Shown: positions 15,514-24,230 of the stretch, in pieces
Numbering within the stretch: position 1 is the stretch's first letter
How the letters are laid out: each line of letters begins with the position of its first letter
Source of the DNA: Actinomycetota bacterium
GTDB taxonomy: Bacteria; Actinomycetota; Thermoleophilia; Solirubrobacterales; JACPNS01
Assembly (NCBI GenBank): GCA_016219715.1
Contig: JACRKX010000008.1
Location: 1 to 56,316, forward strand
Direction: 5' to 3'
Length of the DNA stretch: 56,316 nt
Made by a program: the position numbers and the translations under genes
The notes under the pieces: model-generated
What the model saw: only the letters and a program-made list of their open reading frames with translations
What the model was told of the DNA's origin: nothing
The model's database searches: none

Positions 15514-18387
15514 ATGCGATTCGCACGATGCTTACTCGCGATTGCCGCGCTGGCCATTTGCCAGCTGGCCATCGCTTCCACGGCCGCCGGTTACACGCCG
15601 GGCACCGTCAAGAACTACAAGACCGCCGTGCTGGCGGTGAAGTATCAGGACGAGACTCCAACCGTCACGTTGGAAGACATCCGCCAGCGTGTGTTCACGG
15701 GCAGCGACTCGGCTCACGAATTCCTGATCGCGTCGTCACAGGGTCGCGTCGGCCTCGAAGGGGACGTGTTCGGTTGGTTCACTGTGCCTGAGAACACACC
15801 TCCCGACTGCGGAGCGAGTCTCGACTTTCTGGACATCAGCGCGGCGGCCGAAAGTCAGGCTCCGTTCGCACCGCACAATCTGAATCTCCACGAATACGAG
15901 CGGATAGTTTTCGCGGCACCGGGATGTGGTGGTGCGCTCAACCTAGCTAGTGGCACCTCCGAAGGCGGCGGCCGACGAGCGTGGATCGTCGGCGACTATG
16001 TCGGAACCACGACCTCGGTCTACACGCACGAGATCGTTCATACCCTCCGGGCGGGCGGTCGCGGGATCGGACATGCCGGCGCAACCACATGCCGCGACGG
16101 GAACTTTCCGGTCGCCTACTCAACGAGTTGCCTCGACTGGGACGGAGCCGACCAGAACGATCTGATGGGATCGGGGTATCGCCTACAAAGCACTTTCATG
16201 CGCGTGGCGCTCGGATTCCTGAACTACAGCGACTCCACAACCGCCAACGGGTCCAACACGTTCGAGATCTACTCGACCGATCAACCTCCCGCTCCCGGTC
16301 GCATCTACAACCTGCGGGTCAAGCTGCGCGAGCCGAGGATCAGTGAACTGGGCAGCCCGTTTCCCAATGCGGCGACCGGTGGTGGACAGGCGTTTCTGAA
16401 CATCGACTATCCAGTCATCGACGGCCAGTTCGGCGGAGGTTTCAGCTGGATCGGACAGGCGCCGCTACGTCTCGCAAGAGAGATCGGACATGCGACGAAC
16501 AATGGCTCAGGCAACGGAGAACGAGCGCGGACGCTCCGCGTAGACACCGACCCGCACACTCGCTGGCAACTCGCTCAGGAGCAGTCGGCCGGCCTAGCAC
16601 CGACAAGCGACTACTTCTACACGCCAGCGCCCAATCCAAGCGTTCCTGACCAGTCGTTTGAGCCGCTCTCGATGGACACCGGCTTCTACGACCCCGACTC
16701 GAACGTGTTGCTTCGGGTGATCTCGGCAGATACGAGCAAGATCACGGTTGCCTATAGCGAAGGTCTGACGCCTAGCGAGCGCACTTCGCTCGAAGTCGTC
16801 GGCAAAACGCTAAAGGTCACCGCACAGGCCGGCTACGCGAACGACCTCCACATCCGCGCGGACGCCAAAGGCAACATCGTCGTACGCGAAGGCAACGCCG
16901 CTGTGCACAACGTGGCTGGATGCTCGACGCACAAAAACATCGGCTACTGCCCCGCTTCGCGCATAAGTCAACTGATCGTCGACACCGGCGATCGCCGCGA
17001 CTACGTCGACGTAAGCCTGTCGGGGGTGGCGGTGAACGTGCGCGGAGGCGACGGCAACGACGTGCTGGTCGGCGGTTCGGCAGTCGAGTCGATGCTCGGC
17101 GAGAACGGTGACGACCAGATTGTCTCTCGAGGCGGCAACGACAACATCGTCGGCGGCGCGGGAGCCGACCGCATCGAATCAGGCGACGGAGCCGACGTGA
17201 TCACCGGCCTCGACGGCACCGACCCGGATACCGTCTGGTGCGGCGCGGGGACGGACAAGTTCGAGATCGGAACGGGCGACATCCTCGGCACCAACCCCGC
17301 GCACGGCTGTGAGTCGAACACCGGCGCCGAGACCCGCATCCTCTCTGGCCCCCAGCCGACGGGATCGAGCACACCTACGTTCGAGTTCGTCGCGAACAAG
17401 TCGACTTCGACAACGTTCCAGTGCAATCTAAGCGCGTCGGGCGGCACGTGGTTCGGCTGCACCTCGCCCTACACGGTTTCACCGCCGTACGCGTCTGGCA
17501 ACCGGGCGTTCCGCGTCCGTTCGATCGTGTCGGGTGTAACGGACTCCTCGCCCGCGTCGAGCTCGTTCGCCGTGTCGTCTGCGGACACCAATCCCCCCGA
17601 CCTCTCGATCAGCTCACCGGGGGCCTTTGCTACGGGGACTCAGTCGACGCTCACCTACAGCATCGCCGACGCATCGGGACTCAGCGGCACGCCGCAATGC
17701 AGGATCAACGGCGGAACAGCGTTTAGCTGCAACAGCGGCTACCAACTCAGCACGCCAGCCGACGGAAGCTACGAAATCTCGGTTACCGCTACCGACACAG
17801 TCGGCAACTCCGTCACCGTGAGACGCGACTTCGTCGTGGACAACGTGACGCCGGCGATCACGATCGCCGGCCCGAACAACACGACGATCCACTCGTCCCG
17901 CTTCGATGTTGAGTTCGACGCGAACGACACGAACGGAATTGCCGAAACCGACTGCGCAGTCGACGGCGGGACCTACGAGCCCTGCTCGGCCGGCTGGACG
18001 TCGCCTGCCGCGCTTGGGAACGGCCAGCACTCCGTTTCCATTCGGGCGAAGGATAGAGCCGGCACCGTGGCCACGGCCGTTGCGACGTTCACGATCGATA
18101 CGGGTGGAGTGCAGACGAGCTTCAGTTCCGGCCCAGCCGATGGCTCGACAATTACGACGTCGTATACCACGTTCGGTGTGCTCGGAAACTCGCCGTACGA
18201 CTCGCAACGGCTCGAGTACCGGCTCGACAGCAACAACTGGCGTGAAATCACGGGTTCCCCCACCTTCACGGCAACCCTGAACCTCTACGGGCTGGCGGCC
18301 GGATCCCACACGATAGAGGTCCGCGCGATCGACGCATCGGAAACCGCCGACCCAACGCCAGCTACGCGAACGTTCAACGTGCAGTAG
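15514..18387 (+). CDS. Secreted metzincin (M11/M6-like) metallopeptidase with RTX Ca-binding repeats and Ig-like domains
   Basis: Signal peptide; HEIVH...GIGHA; DQNDLMG Met-turn; GGDGNDVLVGG-type nonapeptides; repeated C..DG/G.H...V.A.D Ig-like modules. Confidence 0.8.
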   Translation: MRFARCLLAIAALAICQLAIASTAAGYTPGTVKNYKTAVLAVKYQDETPTVTLEDIRQRVFTGSDSAHEFLIASSQGRVGLEGDVFGWFTVPENTPPDCGASLDFLDISAAAESQAPFAPHNLNLHEYERIVFAAPGCGGALNLASGTSEGGGRRAWIVGDYVGTTTSVYTHEIVHTLRAGGRGIGHAGATTCRDGNFPVAYSTSCLDWDGADQNDLMGSGYRLQSTFMRVALGFLNYSDSTTANGSNTFEIYSTDQPPAPGRIYNLRVKLREPRISELGSPFPNAATGGGQAFLNIDYPVIDGQFGGGFSWIGQAPLRLAREIGHATNNGSGNGERARTLRVDTDPHTRWQLAQEQSAGLAPTSDYFYTPAPNPSVPDQSFEPLSMDTGFYDPDSNVLLRVISADTSKITVAYSEGLTPSERTSLEVVGKTLKVTAQAGYANDLHIRADAKGNIVVREGNAAVHNVAGCSTHKNIGYCPASRISQLIVDTGDRRDYVDVSLSGVAVNVRGGDGNDVLVGGSAVESMLGENGDDQIVSRGGNDNIVGGAGADRIESGDGADVITGLDGTDPDTVWCGAGTDKFEIGTGDILGTNPAHGCESNTGAETRILSGPQPTGSSTPTFEFVANKSTSTTFQCNLSASGGTWFGCTSPYTVSPPYASGNRAFRVRSIVSGVTDSSPASSSFAVSSADTNPPDLSISSPGAFATGTQSTLTYSIADASGLSGTPQCRINGGTAFSCNSGYQLSTPADGSYEISVTATDTVGNSVTVRRDFVVDNVTPAITIAGPNNTTIHSSRFDVEFDANDTNGIAETDCAVDGGTYEPCSAGWTSPAALGNGQHSVSIRAKDRAGTVATAVATFTIDTGGVQTSFSSGPADGSTITTSYTTFGVLGNSPYDSQRLEYRLDSNNWREITGSPTFTATLNLYGLAAGSHTIEVRAIDASETADPTPATRTFNVQ

Positions 18388-18402
18388 TTGCGCGGCGTAC
18401 TC

Positions 18403-18439
18403 CCGACCGGCCGCCGGATTCGATCCGGGGGCCGGTCGG
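18403..18439. terminator. GC-rich hairpin between convergent genes
   Basis: CCGACCGGCC-GCCGGA-TTCGA-TCCGG-G-GGCCGGTCGG. Confidence 0.6.
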
Positions 18440-18446
18440 AAACTGC

Positions 18447-18905
18447 CTACTTCCCTTCGTACGCCTCGACGAGATCCTCGATGATCAGCTTCTGCATGCC
18501 GAGCATCGCGTCGGTTGCGCGCTGCCGGCCCTCGGGGTCTTCGCCGCCGATCAGGTCGGTCAGCACATCGGGAACGATCTGCCAGCTGACGCCGTACTTG
18601 TCCTTTAGCCAGCCGCAGCGGCTTGGCTCGCCGCCGTCTGCTGTCAGAGCGTCCCACAGGCGATCGACCTCGTCCTGGTCCTCGCAGTTGACCATCAGCG
18701 AGAAGGCCTCATTCAGCTCGTAGTGCGGGCCGCCGTTGAACAGCGTCAGCTCGAGGTTCTTGAGGCGCAGCTTCGCGCCCATCGGCTCGATGCCGGGGCC
18801 GGGCATCGTGCTGAGCAGTTCCGCGTCACCGAACACCTCGAGATAGAACTCGGCGGCCTCGCCGACATGGCCGCTGAACCAGAGGAAGGGAGTGATCGAC
18901 TTCAA
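18447..18905 (-). CDS. VOC family protein (PhnB/3-dmu-9_3-mt type)
   Basis: ITPFLWF; NGGP...NEAFSL.V.C..Q.EVD.LW; CGWLKDKYGVSWQIVP. Confidence 0.92.
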   Translation of the reverse strand: MKSITPFLWFSGHVGEAAEFYLEVFGDAELLSTMPGPGIEPMGAKLRLKNLELTLFNGGPHYELNEAFSLMVNCEDQDEVDRLWDALTADGGEPSRCGWLKDKYGVSWQIVPDVLTDLIGGEDPEGRQRATDAMLGMQKLIIEDLVEAYEGK

Positions 18906-19000
18906 CGGTGGTCTCCTTCGATTGCGCAGGTCATCGTCGCCCGCAGCCTACGAGATTGACGGTGATGAGGAAGTCTGGCGGCATCACTAGCTTTGTGCTC

Positions 19001-19894
19001 GTGAACTGGCACCAACGCCGCATGGCCGGCTTCGACATCGAATCAACCGGGGTCGATCCGCAGATCGATCGCATAGTGACCGCGACAGTCTGCGTGGTCG
19101 GCGGCGGCCTGCCCACCGACGACACGTCGTGGCTGGCCGATCCCGGCATCGAGATCCCGGCCGGTGCCACCCAAGTGCACGGCATCACGACCGAGCAAGC
19201 ACGCGCCGAAGGCCGGCCGGCAGCCGAGGTCGTCGAGGAGATCACCGCGAAACTCGCCGAGGCGGTAAACGCTGGGCTGCCGATCGTGGCCTTCAACGCC
19301 CGCTACGACCTGACCATGCTCGACCGTGAGGCGCGCCGGTACGGGATCGTGCCGCTCGTCGACAGGGTCGGCGGACCGCAGGCGCTGCTGGTGGTCGACC
19401 CGCTGATCGTCGACAAGCAACTCGATCGCTACCGCAAGGGCAAGCGCACGCTCGAAGTTGTCTGTGGTCACTACGGGGTCGACCTGAAGGACGCACACCA
19501 GGCCGACGCCGATGCAATCGCCGGCGCCCGGCTGGCGTGGCGCATGGGCGAGAAGTTCGCCGAGCTAGCCGCCGAGTTGCCGGAACTGCACCGGCTGCAG
19601 GTTGGATGGGCGAGGTGCAGATTCGGCCGTGTGCTCGCGCTCGATCTCACGCTTGTCGCCACCGCCGATCGGCGTCCACCCCGGACCGCGGAAGGTGTAG
19701 CCGAAGCGGTCGCGCCAGTTCTCGGCGTTGCGCACGTCGTTCCAGATAGCGACCCACTCGTGGCTGAACACGTGCAATGGGTTGAACGAGTGGATGTTCT
19801 TCGTCAGACCAAAGACGACACGCTCGCCCTCTGGCTCGAAGCTGCGGAAGATCCGGTCCCAGACGATCAGGATGCCGCCGTAGTTCTTGTCTAG
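19001..19894 (+). CDS. DEDDh 3'-5' exonuclease (Pol III epsilon-like); native C-terminus apparently lost after ~19612
   Basis: FDIESTG, VHGIT, AFNARYDL, HQADADA; TAGCTT 7 nt before GTG 19001; the tail reads antisense to the desaturase. Confidence 0.8.
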   Translation: MNWHQRRMAGFDIESTGVDPQIDRIVTATVCVVGGGLPTDDTSWLADPGIEIPAGATQVHGITTEQARAEGRPAAEVVEEITAKLAEAVNAGLPIVAFNARYDLTMLDREARRYGIVPLVDRVGGPQALLVVDPLIVDKQLDRYRKGKRTLEVVCGHYGVDLKDAHQADADAIAGARLAWRMGEKFAELAAELPELHRLQVGWARCRFGRVLALDLTLVATADRRPPRTAEGVAEAVAPVLGVAHVVPDSDPLVAEHVQWVERVDVLRQTKDDTLALWLEAAEDPVPDDQDAAVVLV

Positions 19895-20530
19895 GTACTG
19901 CGGGTTGCTGCCGTGGTGTACGCGGTGATGGCTGGGTGTGTTGAAGACGTACTCGAACCAGCGCGGCAGGCGACCGATCGTTTCCGTGTGAATCCAGTAC
20001 TGGTAGACCAGGCTTACCGCGTGCATGCCGACGATCATCGCCGGGGTGAAGCCCAGCAGCGCAAGCGGAGCCATGAACGGCAGCAAGGTCGGGAGCACCC
20101 ACGGCTGGCGCAGCGCCGTCGAGAGGTTGAAGTGACGGCTGCTGTGGTGCACCACGTGCTGCGCCCAGAACAACCGCACCTCGTGGTGCACGCGGTGGTA
20201 CCAGTAGAAGGCGAGGTCGTCGGCGAAGAACAGCAGCACGTATGTGTAGACCTGGTCGGCCGGCATGTGCCACGGCGCGAGGTATTCGTAGATCACGGCG
20301 AGGATCGCCACCTCGGCTAGCCGCCAGACGGCGTTGACCAGCACGTTGCCCAGGCCCATTGCCAGGCTCGTCCGCGTGTCCTTCGGCTCGTAGCCCACCG
20401 GTCCGGCGAGCGTGGCCTCCCATTCGGGATCGTGGTCCTCGGGATGGTTGTGAACGTGGCGCAGCGCGAAGATCTCTACCGCGAGCAGCGCGACGAAGAA
20501 CGGAACGGCGTAGAGAACAAGGTCGACCAT
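19565..20530 (-). CDS. Sterol desaturase / fatty acid hydroxylase family membrane protein
   Basis: YWYHRVHH, WAQHVVHHSS, STALRQ, WIHTE, TPSHHRVHH, DKNYGG histidine boxes. Confidence 0.92.
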   Translation of the reverse strand: MVDLVLYAVPFFVALLAVEIFALRHVHNHPEDHDPEWEATLAGPVGYEPKDTRTSLAMGLGNVLVNAVWRLAEVAILAVIYEYLAPWHMPADQVYTYVLLFFADDLAFYWYHRVHHEVRLFWAQHVVHHSSRHFNLSTALRQPWVLPTLLPFMAPLALLGFTPAMIVGMHAVSLVYQYWIHTETIGRLPRWFEYVFNTPSHHRVHHGSNPQYLDKNYGGILIVWDRIFRSFEPEGERVVFGLTKNIHSFNPLHVFSHEWVAIWNDVRNAENWRDRFGYTFRGPGWTPIGGGDKREIEREHTAESAPRPSNLQPVQFRQLGG

Positions 20531-20594
20531 CGTGCGGGATCCTTCCGCAAAAGAGCTTAGGGGCGCAAACGACGCACTAGCCTGTACACCTGCT

Positions 20595-20685
20595 GGAGAG
20601 GTGGCGGAGCTGGCTGAACGCGCACGCTTGGAAAGCGTGTAGGCGGTTTATAACCGTCTCGAGGGTTCGAATCCCTCCCTCTCCG
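20595..20685 (+). tRNA. tRNA-Ser(GGA)
   Basis: GGAGAGG/CCTCTCC acceptor; CACGC-TT-GGA-AA-GCGTG anticodon arm; long variable arm; T-arm. Confidence 0.97.
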
Positions 20686-20810
20686 TCGTCTGCTCGCTGC
20701 ACATTTCGTCATGCTCGGCGAGGCCGGATCGGTCACGCACAAAAGTGCGCTCCCTCACCGGACTCGCCTGCGCGTGGCGAACTGCTTGGATCAGACGCCT
20801 GAGAGGAGCT

Positions 20811-22181
20811 ATGGGGAAATTCGGAGACACTCGACTTCCGCCTGGGCCCAAGTGGCCGCGGCTGGCCCAGGGCTTGATCTTTCTTGTCGCGCAGCGGCAG
20901 ACGGCTCGGATGTTGCAGCGCCGCTACGGCGATGCGGTCACTGTGCGGTTGCCGGTTTTCGGCACGGGCGTCTTGCTCAGCGACCCGGAGTTGATCAAGC
21001 AGACGTTTACGGCCAGCCCCGACGTGCTCTACGGCGGTGAGGGCAGCCCGCTTGGCAACATTCTCGGTCCCGGCTCGTTCTTCTCGCTCGACGGTCCGGC
21101 GCACCTGCGGCAGCGCAAGCTGCTGCTGCCGCCGTTTCACGGCGAGCGCATGCAGTCGTACGAGGCGATCATCGAAGAGGAATCGCTCAAGGAGATGGCG
21201 ACGTGGCCGGAGGGCCAGTCGTTCGCGACCGCCGAGCCGTTCATGCGCATCACGCTCAACGCGATCCTGCGGGCGGTCTTCGGCGCGCAGGGACGCGAGC
21301 TCGACGCGTTTCGCGATCTGCTTCCGCGACTGGTCACGCTCGGATCGCGACTGACGCTGCTGCCGATCGCCCAGCGAGACTTCGGCCGCCTGAGCCCATG
21401 GACGCGCTTCAAGGCGATGCGCCGCGAGTACGACGAACTCGTCGGCGAGCTGATCGCGACCGCACAGGCCGATCCGCAACTCGAAGAACGCGCCGACGTT
21501 CTGGCGCTGATGCTTCGCGCGCGCTACGACGACGGCTCGCCGATGGAGCAGAGCGACATCGCCGACCAGTTGCTCACGATCTTGCTGGCCGGCCACGAGA
21601 CGACCGCGGCGACGCTCGCCTGGGCCGTCGAACGGTTGCGCCGCCACCCCGATGTCTTGCGCCGGCTCGTCGAAGAGACCGACGCCGGCGGCTCCGAGCT
21701 GCGGCAGGCGACGATCTACGAGGTGCAGCGCGTCCGCCCGGTGATCACCGGAGCATCGCGTCTGGTGAAGGAGCCATTCGAACTCGGTGAGTGGTTGCTG
21801 CCGCGTGGCTCGACGGTGATCGTCGCGGGCGTCAACGTACACAACGACCCGCGCATCTACGACCGCCCCGGCGAGTTCGACCCCGACCGCTTCGTCGGGC
21901 AGAAACCCGACACCTACAAGTGGATTCCCTTCGGCGGCGGCACGCGCCGCTGCATCGGCGCCGCCTTCGCGAACATGGAGATGGACATCGTTTTGCGCAC
22001 GCTGCTGCGCGAGTTCACGCTTGAGCAGACCGGCGAGCGGCCCGAGCGGCAACACCATCGCGGAGTCGCGTTCGTGCCCGCCCAGGGCGGGCGTGCAATC
22101 GTGACTCGCCGCCGGTCCGGGGCGAGCACCGCCCGGTCCGGTGCCGTAGCCGAGCCGGCCGTCGCGTCGGTGAGCTCGTAG
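20811..22181 (+). CDS. Cytochrome P450
   Basis: LPPGP; AGHETT; EVQR (ExxR); FDPDRF; FGGGTRRCIG; GAGGAG before ATG 20811. Confidence 0.95.
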   Translation: MGKFGDTRLPPGPKWPRLAQGLIFLVAQRQTARMLQRRYGDAVTVRLPVFGTGVLLSDPELIKQTFTASPDVLYGGEGSPLGNILGPGSFFSLDGPAHLRQRKLLLPPFHGERMQSYEAIIEEESLKEMATWPEGQSFATAEPFMRITLNAILRAVFGAQGRELDAFRDLLPRLVTLGSRLTLLPIAQRDFGRLSPWTRFKAMRREYDELVGELIATAQADPQLEERADVLALMLRARYDDGSPMEQSDIADQLLTILLAGHETTAATLAWAVERLRRHPDVLRRLVEETDAGGSELRQATIYEVQRVRPVITGASRLVKEPFELGEWLLPRGSTVIVAGVNVHNDPRIYDRPGEFDPDRFVGQKPDTYKWIPFGGGTRRCIGAAFANMEMDIVLRTLLREFTLEQTGERPERQHHRGVAFVPAQGGRAIVTRRRSGASTARSGAVAEPAVASVSS

Positions 22182-22218
22182 GCATTGGGCATTCCGTGGC
22201 CGTCCTAGGCTGAAACCC

Positions 22219-22686
22219 GTGAGGCTCGATCCACTCCAGACCTGGAATCGTCTTTCCGGCACCGCGGCCGGTCGCTGGGTCTTCTCGGTTGGCGTCGGCC
22301 TGCGGGCGCCCTACTTCCTGACGGTGCGCGCGCGAGTGCGCGAGGTCGCGCCGGGGCGGGCCGTTGTCTTCGCGCGCAAGCGCTGGCGCGTGCGCAATCA
22401 CCTCGGCGGGTTCCACGCGATCGCGATGTGCAACCTGGCCGAGATGGCAATGGGACTGGTCGCCGAAGTGACGGTTCCGCGATCGCACCGTTGGATCCCG
22501 ACCGGGATCGGCGCCGAGTACATCGCGCGGGCCGAGACGGCCCTCACGGCGGAGGCCGTACTTGACCCGGTGCCGGCATTCGGCAGCGAGAAGTTCGAGG
22601 CGCCCGTCGAAGTTGCGATTCGCGACGCGAACGACACGGTCGTCGCACGCGTGACGATCCCGATCCGGATCTCGGCACGCCGCTGA
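22219..22686 (+). CDS. Hotdog-fold protein (DUF4442/PaaI-like)
   Basis: APYF; V.NHLGGFHAIAMCNLAE; RWIP. Confidence 0.85.
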   Translation: MRLDPLQTWNRLSGTAAGRWVFSVGVGLRAPYFLTVRARVREVAPGRAVVFARKRWRVRNHLGGFHAIAMCNLAEMAMGLVAEVTVPRSHRWIPTGIGAEYIARAETALTAEAVLDPVPAFGSEKFEAPVEVAIRDANDTVVARVTIPIRISARR

Positions 22687-22733
22687 GCCACGGCTTGATC
22701 GCGACACGCTTGACCCGGCTGTAGCCTGGCGAT

Positions 22734-23081
22734 GTGTACCTCCTGCTGAAGGCCGTCATCTCAGGCGTCGTAGTAGCTGCCGCGAGCGAGATCGCGCGAC
22801 GCTCGACGCTGCTCGGAGCGATTCTGATCTCGCTACCGCTGACGTCGATCCTCGCATTGGTCTGGCTCTACCGCGACACCGGCGACGCCGACCAGATCGC
22901 ATCGCTGTCGTGGTCGATCCTGTGGGTGATCGTTCCGTCGCTGGTGTTCTTCGTGGTATTGCCGTTAGCTCTCGGCAAGGGGCTCGGCTTCAATCTTGCG
23001 CTGCCGATCGCGTGCGCGGCGACCGTCGTCGCCTATGGCGTGTGGGTGTTCGCCGCCCGGCGAATCGGGATCGATCTGTGA
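22734..23081 (+). CDS. DUF3147-like membrane protein
   Basis: K..ISG......SEIARRS...GA...SLPL.S.L...WLY; four hydrophobic segments. Confidence 0.8.
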   Translation: MYLLLKAVISGVVVAAASEIARRSTLLGAILISLPLTSILALVWLYRDTGDADQIASLSWSILWVIVPSLVFFVVLPLALGKGLGFNLALPIACAATVVAYGVWVFAARRIGIDL

Positions 23082-23115
23082 CCTGACAGGCGTGCTGGCC
23101 GCGGCTGAGCCTCGG

Positions 23116-23502
23116 TCAAGTCGCCGATTCGGTCAGCACCGAAAGGATGTTGCCCGCCGGATCCTTGAACCAGGCGATCTCGGGACCCCCTCCGCCGCGA
23201 GCGATGCCTTTGGCGTCGGTCTTGATCTCGCCGTCGTAGTGCTCGAACTGAACTCCTTTGGCGGTCAATTCGTCGACGGTTTGCTCGATGTCGTCTACGG
23301 GGAAGTTCAGAACCGTGTAGGTGGCCGGCTCGTGGTCGGGCTTGGGGTAGACGATGACGGGCGTCTCCGAGTCCATCTTCATCTCGAGAATGCCCATTGA
23401 CATCAGCGAGACCTGCATTCCGAGCGTCTCGCCGTAGAAGCTACGGGCGGCTTCGATGTCGTTCACGGCGAAACTGCTGAAAGGTGGGGCTGCGTTGCGC
23501 AT
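23116..23502 (-). CDS. VOC/glyoxalase family protein
   Basis: FSSFAVND; FY...LG; YPKPDHEPATYTVLNFPVDDI; AWFKDPAGNIL; GGAG before ATG 23502. Confidence 0.9.
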   Translation of the reverse strand: MRNAAPPFSSFAVNDIEAARSFYGETLGMQVSLMSMGILEMKMDSETPVIVYPKPDHEPATYTVLNFPVDDIEQTVDELTAKGVQFEHYDGEIKTDAKGIARGGGGPEIAWFKDPAGNILSVLTESAT

Positions 23503-23579
23503 GACCGTCTCCATTCTCGACTGCTGAGTGCGATCAAGAAGTTCTACCGCCACCGCGGCCGTCTCGTCGTGCGACCGGC

Positions 23580-24230
23580 TTAAGCGGCGTTGATCGCGAA
23601 GTTGAATGGCCCGGCGGTGAAGCCGCCGCGGGCCATCATCACGCGTAGCCAGATCGACATCATCATCTCGGCGCTAGCGGCGCTGTCGATGCCGCCGAGA
23701 TCGATGATCTGTTCGTCGCGCCAGCCGAACTCGCGCAGCAGGCCCGTCACGGCAGCCTTGGCCGCGCCATCGTCGCCACTGACGAACACGACGTGGTCAC
23801 CGGGCACGAGCGAGGGGTCGACCATGATGTTGCAGTTCATCGTGTTGAGCGACTTGACGACGCGGGCGGCCGGGAAGGCCTCCTGGATCTTGCGGGCGAG
23901 CGAGTTGTCGGGCCCCGCCAGGGGCTTGGGCGGCATGCCGCCACTTGCGTCGAGTTCGTTGGCGACGTCGAGGACGACCTTGCCACCGAGGTTGCCCGCC
24001 GCAGCCAGCGCTTCTAGCGAATGCAGGCCGTTGGTGGCGTTGATGACGATCTCGGCGTCGGCGCCCGCGGTGGCGAAATCCGCGGTGGCCACGCCCGCGA
24101 TCTCCTTGAACGGATTAAGCGACTCCGAGGCCGCGTCGCGCGCGCCGACCGTGACCTCGTGCCCGAGCCCGGCGATGCGCTCGGCAAGGGCCTTGCCGAC
24201 CATTCCGGTACCGAGCACTGCGATCTTCAT
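23580..24230 (-). CDS. NADP oxidoreductase (F420_oxidored family)
   Basis: MKIAVLGTGMVG Rossmann motif; VVKSLNT; DLGGI. Confidence 0.88.
   Translation of the reverse strand: MKIAVLGTGMVGKALAERIAGLGHEVTVGARDAASESLNPFKEIAGVATADFATAGADAEIVINATNGLHSLEALAAAGNLGGKVVLDVANELDASGGMPPKPLAGPDNSLARKIQEAFPAARVVKSLNTMNCNIMVDPSLVPGDHVVFVSGDDGAAKAAVTGLLREFGWRDEQIIDLGGIDSAASAEMMMSIWLRVMMARGGFTAGPFNFAINAA

Larger units (their letters stand above)
3989..18400. mobile_element. Putative accessory/genomic island downstream of tRNA-Ser(CGA); boundaries approximate, no integrase seen
   Basis: Starts at the tRNA 3' end; defence genes plus orphan secreted proteins; visibly more A/T-ending codons than the flanking genes (by eye). 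Confidence 0.55.

Noticed and set aside
16980-17300. Repetitive GGCGAC/GACGGC DNA as a possible repeat array or CRISPR
   Set aside because: It encodes RTX nonapeptides; no repeat-spacer array or cas genes were seen anywhere in the window.
18403-18439. attR or tRNA fragment (GGATTCGATCC resembles a T-loop)
   Set aside because: No extended identity to the tRNA-Ser 3' end; better explained as a terminator hairpin.
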